Below, one piece after another: positions 59,932 to 64,000 of a stretch of DNA of 64,000 nucleotides (position 1 is its first letter; each line of letters begins with the position of its first letter). The notes beneath the pieces were generated by a model, which saw nothing but the letters and a program-made list of their open reading frames with translations, made no database searches and had not been told where the DNA came from. This stretch comes from Vicinamibacterales bacterium (GTDB lineage Bacteria; Acidobacteriota; Vicinamibacteria; Vicinamibacterales; JAMQPK01). Made by a program: the position numbers and the translations under genes. The DNA lies in contig CAVVBP010000012.1 in NCBI GenBank assembly GCA_963746535.1, positions 448,503 to 512,502 of the forward strand, given 5' to 3'.

Positions 59932-60543
59932 TTGCAAGCTGAACTGCTGCTCTTCGATCTTGGCGGCGTCCTCATCGAATTCGCCGGGCCGACCGAGCTC
60001 GGACAGCATCTCCGGTGGCCGTCGACGCCCGACCTGATTCTGGACCGGTGGATTAAGTGCCCGCATACCAGCGCGTTCGAATGCGGACAACTGAGTCCGT
60101 CGGAGTGGGCCGACCGCTTCATCAAGGACTGGGACGTCGATCTCACCCGCCACGAGTTTCTGTCGAAGTTCACGACGTGGACGAGGCGCGTGCTTCCCGG
60201 CGCCCGGGAGCTGCTCGCCGAGCTCCGCCCCCACTACCGGCTCGCGGCGCTGAGTAACTCGAACGAGCTGCATTGGGCGCGCAACGCGAACGAGCTGCGG
60301 ATCCTCGATCTCTTCGAGTTCGCGATCTCGTCACATCAGGTCGGTCTGTGCAAACCAGACCCGGCGATTTTCCGCATCGCGCTCGACCGCGCCCGCGTGG
60401 CGGCGGCGGACGACATCATCTTCTTCGACGATCTCGAGGTGAATGTCGCGGCGGCCAGAGCGGCGGGGTTCGGCGCACGCAAGGTCCGCGGCGTGGGCGA
60501 GTTACGCGAACAGCTGTACAAGGACGGGTTGCTGCAGCGGTGA
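59932..60543 (+). CDS. HAD-family phosphatase (YihX-like); start 59917 or 59932
   Basis: LFDLGGVL, LSNSN, CKPDPAIF and FFDD motifs. Confidence 0.88.
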   Translation: MQAELLLFDLGGVLIEFAGPTELGQHLRWPSTPDLILDRWIKCPHTSAFECGQLSPSEWADRFIKDWDVDLTRHEFLSKFTTWTRRVLPGARELLAELRPHYRLAALSNSNELHWARNANELRILDLFEFAISSHQVGLCKPDPAIFRIALDRARVAAADDIIFFDDLEVNVAAARAAGFGARKVRGVGELREQLYKDGLLQR

Positions 60544-60571
60544 TGGGGCCCGCGAACGACGCGTTCGACGA

Positions 60572-62849
60572 CTATTCAAGGACCGTGACGACCGCTTCGC
60601 GCGTCGCCAGAGGCTCGTTCCGTCCGCGAACGGCGGCCTCCACACGCAGCAGATAGCGGCCGGGCGCGAGCTCCTTCAACGGAATCCGTTTCGCGTACCC
60701 GTAAATCTCCCACGGCTTTTCGCCCGATGCGGCTGTGCCGTTCTCGAGCTCGTCACGGCTGACAATGACGTCGGGGCCGCGCTCGGCGACCAGCCGTACG
60801 GTCACGTCAATCCGCCGCGCCTGGCGCGACGTGTCGTTGTCGTAAATTTCCGTATAGAGCGCGAGCACATCGCTGCGCGGAAAGTCGCGGCGGCTGGTTG
60901 CCGGCGCGGGCAACAGCTTGTTGCTCACGTTCGGATCCGGCTGGATGCTCGGCGTCTGCTGCACCGATGGGGTCGTCATCAGCAGCCCGCCGACCATGAG
61001 CTTCTCTTTGCGGAAATCGGGCACCTCGAGGTCGTAGAACACCGAACCCGCCTGGCCACCCACCGATTCGCGCGCCCCAACCTTTATTTGATACCGCCCC
61101 GGAGCGAGGCTGATCCGCGGGTTCGCGCGCACACCGTGAGCGGTCACCCGATCGCGCGTCTCGGGGCGAAGCGTGAGGTCAAGCTCGGTCCAGGCCGGCG
61201 CGATCGCCTTGCCCTGGGCGTTGAGGCCGAAGAAGGACAGCTCGATCTTGTTGGAGACCATGCCCTTCGCATTCGGCTCGCTGTACGGGAGCTTGCTGCC
61301 GTCGAGCTCGATGGCCAGGGCGATCGACGCCTCGTTCGCGGTGTTCTTGAACGGCGCGGCCTGCACCGTGAACGTGAGACCGCTCTGAGGAATCGGACTC
61401 GCCAACGCGGTCAGCAACGGCGTCGACGTTCGTCTTGCCGTCTGGACGCCGCGCGTCACGTGCGGCGCGCGCCTCTTCGTCGCGCTTGCGCTCTTCGGGT
61501 GTGCGTCCTCTCGGCGCGGCGTAACCTTTGCGCGCCTCGACGCGCAGGTTCGGACGCTTGACGCGCACTTCGATCTTGTAGAACCGGCCGTCGCGCGGAT
61601 GGGTCGGCGGATAATAGCCGAGCACGTAGTAGCGGCTGTTGGCGTCGACGATCCGCTCGAACGCCGGCGCCACGTTGTTGGTGTCCAGCGTCGCGAAGCC
61701 GCCCGTTTCCTCGGTGAGCTCCCGCAACGTGTCCTGCGACGTCTGGAACTCCTGCCTCAACTCGGCCTGCACGTCGAACGTGCCGCCCCCGGCCCCCGTA
61801 ATGCCACTGGCGGGGGTGTTCCTGCCCGGCACGAGCAGGATGGGACCGGGAGTGCCGACTCCGCTCGCGAGCCCTGCCCCATCGATGAACTCGGTGGTCA
61901 TGCCGGCCAGGCCGCGAGGATCGACCGCGTAGAAGTTCACGTTGGCGCGCGCGGCCATCGAGATGGCGTCCTGACTCGCGCGGATGACCACCGTCGCGTC
62001 GTGCGCTCCGAAGACGTCGCGAATCGGATAGTCGAGGCCTTCACTGAAGAACAGCAGGGCTTTGCGTCGGCCACGGACGCTGCCAAGAAACTCCGCCGTG
62101 TTCTTCAGCGTGTCGAGGACCGTCAGCGCACGTGTCCCGCGCTCGAGCTCCGTCGGGTCCGACACGCGGCCGTAGCCCGCCGGGTCCTGCTGGTTGATCG
62201 ATCCAGTGTTCGGATCGGGCGTCGTCTGCGAGGTATAGCCGAATGCGATGGTCTGGTAATACGAGTCGAGCCGCTCCAGGCTGAGCGAGCGCATGCGCTG
62301 CCCGATGAACTTGTCGATGGCCGCGACCAGAAGCTCGCGATTGCTGGTGAATTCCTGCGCCGCATCTCTCCGCCCGCTCGTATAGACGACGGCGGCCAGA
62401 TCGTTGGCGCCCATGAACTCGCGTACGAACTTTCGAGCCGCGTCCTTCAGGTGCGTGCTGCGCATCGCGCTGACGTCGAGATCGTCGAGCACGAGGACAT
62501 AGACGCGACCGTCGAACGGCTTGCGATTGGTCTGCGTGTCGGCCACGACGAGCCGGCCCTCATGAACAAAGTCGATCGGCTTCTCGACGGGGATACCGAC
62601 CTGCGAGAACGTGTCGATCTTCTGCGGCCTGCCGTTCTCGAACACCTCGAAGTCATCGCGCGTGAGTCCTGTGACGAAGTTTCCCTGGTTGTCGGTGACG
62701 ACGACGTCGACGTCGACGTAGTTCACTTCGACCTGGAAGGTGACTTCAGGCGCCTGCGACTGCTGTCCGTAGAGAACCGGCGACTGAAGAACAACGGCTG
62801 TCGTGAGCAGAAGAAGCGCGCAGTATCGAGTCATAGGAGATAACTGCAT
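60572..62849 (-). CDS. acidobacterial-type VWA-domain protein (one +1 frameshift near 61430 as given)
   Basis: Signal peptide, F.VEVNYV.VDVVVTD..G.FV.GL..DF.VFE.G, RRKALLFFSEG, LTEETGG and YYVLGYYP; 2278 nt = 759 codons +1. Confidence 0.85.
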
Positions 62850-62953
62850 TGTGCGGGAACGACTCCCCCCTGCGTCAAGCGTGAACAGTTGTAAATCCAG
62901 TAAAACGCATTTTGATCCAATAATTTGGTGTTTGGAAGTCCCACGAATTTTTC

Positions 62954-62983
62954 TTGACCAGCAACGAACAGAGCGCCTAATCT
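62954..62983 (+). promoter_or_regulatory. candidate sigma70 promoter of the TonB-dependent receptor
   Basis: TTGACC-18 nt-TAATCT in an AT-rich intergenic region. Confidence 0.45.
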
Positions 62984-63054
62984 GAAGCACTTCAACCATC
63001 GATTATCGACCTCGGCGGTCTGACTGTACGGCACTTTCAAGAAGGAGCTCAGTC

Positions 63055-64000
63055 ATGCGGCGAATCCTCCCCTTGGCGTTGGCGTTTCTCGTCTTCGTGT
63101 GTGCGCCGGCCGGTGCGCAGACACTCGGCACGATCACCGGCGAAGTGAAAGATGCATCGGGCGCGATCATTCCCGGCGCCACGGTGACGGCAACAAACAC
63201 CGGAACGAACGCAGCTCGCGAGATGCCGAGCAACGAAGCCGGCATCTACACGTTTGCCGCACTGCCGCCAGGCCCGTACGTCGTCAAGGCCGAGCTGCAG
63301 GGCTTCAAGACGTCGCAACAGGCGATCGAGCTGCACGTCGAGCAAACCGTCCGCGTGAACTTCACGATGGAAATCGGCACGTTGTCCGAGACCGCCGAAG
63401 TCACGGGCGTCGCGCCGCTCATCACAACGGAAAACGCGACGGTCGGCACCGTCATCGAGAACCGCCGCATCGTCGAGCTGCCGTTGAACGGACGCAACTT
63501 CCTGTCGCTCATCGCGTTGAGCACGAACGTCACCTCAGAGTTCGCGGGCGCAGGTCAGGCAGGAGATCGCCAGGGCGGTACCCGCGCCAATCAGAATTTC
63601 TCGATCGCCGGCCAGCGGCGCGAGTACAACTACTACACGCTCGACGGCACGGACAACACCGACGTCAACTTCAATACGTACATTTTGTTGCCGTCGGTTG
63701 ACGCGCTCGAAGAGTTCAAGGTCCAGACCGGCATCTACTCGGCCGAGTTCGGCCGTGCGGCGAGCCAGGTGAACGTCGTCACCAAGTCCGGCACGAACGC
63801 GTTCCACGGCTCCATCTTCGAGTTCCTCCGCCACGACAGCATGGACTCGCGCCCGTTCTCGTTCTCGGCCGCGCAGGCGGCGCTGCCGAAGCCGCCGTTC
63901 AGCTGGAACCAGTACGGCTACACGCTTGGTGGTCCGATCTGGAGAAACAAAGTGTTCTTCATGTCGAACTGGGAGGGCTACCGCGATCGCAAGCAGTTCC
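63055..64000 (+). CDS. TonB-dependent receptor with carboxypeptidase-regulatory-like N-domain (runs off the window end)
   Basis: AAGGAG SD; MRRILPLALAFLVFVCAPAGAQ, GEVKDASGAIIPGATV, LPLNGRNF, SAEFGRAA and TKSGTN.FHG. Confidence 0.92.
   Translation, partial: MRRILPLALAFLVFVCAPAGAQTLGTITGEVKDASGAIIPGATVTATNTGTNAAREMPSNEAGIYTFAALPPGPYVVKAELQGFKTSQQAIELHVEQTVRVNFTMEIGTLSETAEVTGVAPLITTENATVGTVIENRRIVELPLNGRNFLSLIALSTNVTSEFAGAGQAGDRQGGTRANQNFSIAGQRREYNYYTLDGTDNTDVNFNTYILLPSVDALEEFKVQTGIYSAEFGRAASQVNVVTKSGTNAFHGSIFEFLRHDSMDSRPFSFSAAQAALPKPPFSWNQYGYTLGGPIWRNKVFFMSNWEGYRDRKQF

Noticed and set aside
62895-62912. AAAACGCATTTT as a LacI-family operator before the TonB-dependent receptor
   Set aside because: Imperfect centre, single site and no regulator in the window; too weak to call.

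Overview
GC-rich bacterial chromosome segment, probably Acidobacteriota of the Vicinamibacteria type (inferred from the acidobacterial VWA-domain protein, the Oar-like TonB-dependent receptor and the repeat style). It is mostly housekeeping: erpA/fdhE/fumarase/aspA, thiD-moaE-moaD-prfA-prmC, M16 peptidases, ileS-lspA-lgt-rluD, lon, dksA-like, rpmB-ridA, rel, tonB-exbB-exbD-exbD, tgt-yajC-secD-secF-uppP-hppA, ddl, dNK-accD-folC-lptD-rfbACB, radical SAM, htpX and thiC with a TPP riboswitch. I found no rRNA, tRNA, CRISPR, prophage or transposase. The main candidate for something undescribed is a stand-alone locus at about 43.95-44.43 kb, absent from the ORF track. A strong sigma70-type promoter precedes two copies of a 14-aa ORF, MAKKGGKKKGGKKR. 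The copies differ only at synonymous positions, and each has its own RBS and downstream hairpin. Other notable items: three palindromic elements inserted in frame inside fdhE, ileS and tgt; a Fur-rubrerythrin fusion regulator; GTAG-type REPs with compensatory stem changes; many intergenic tandem-unit inverted repeats; and a sigma54-like promoter before the dksA-like gene. Five genes carry only +1 frameshifts, which most likely reflect long-read assembly errors.
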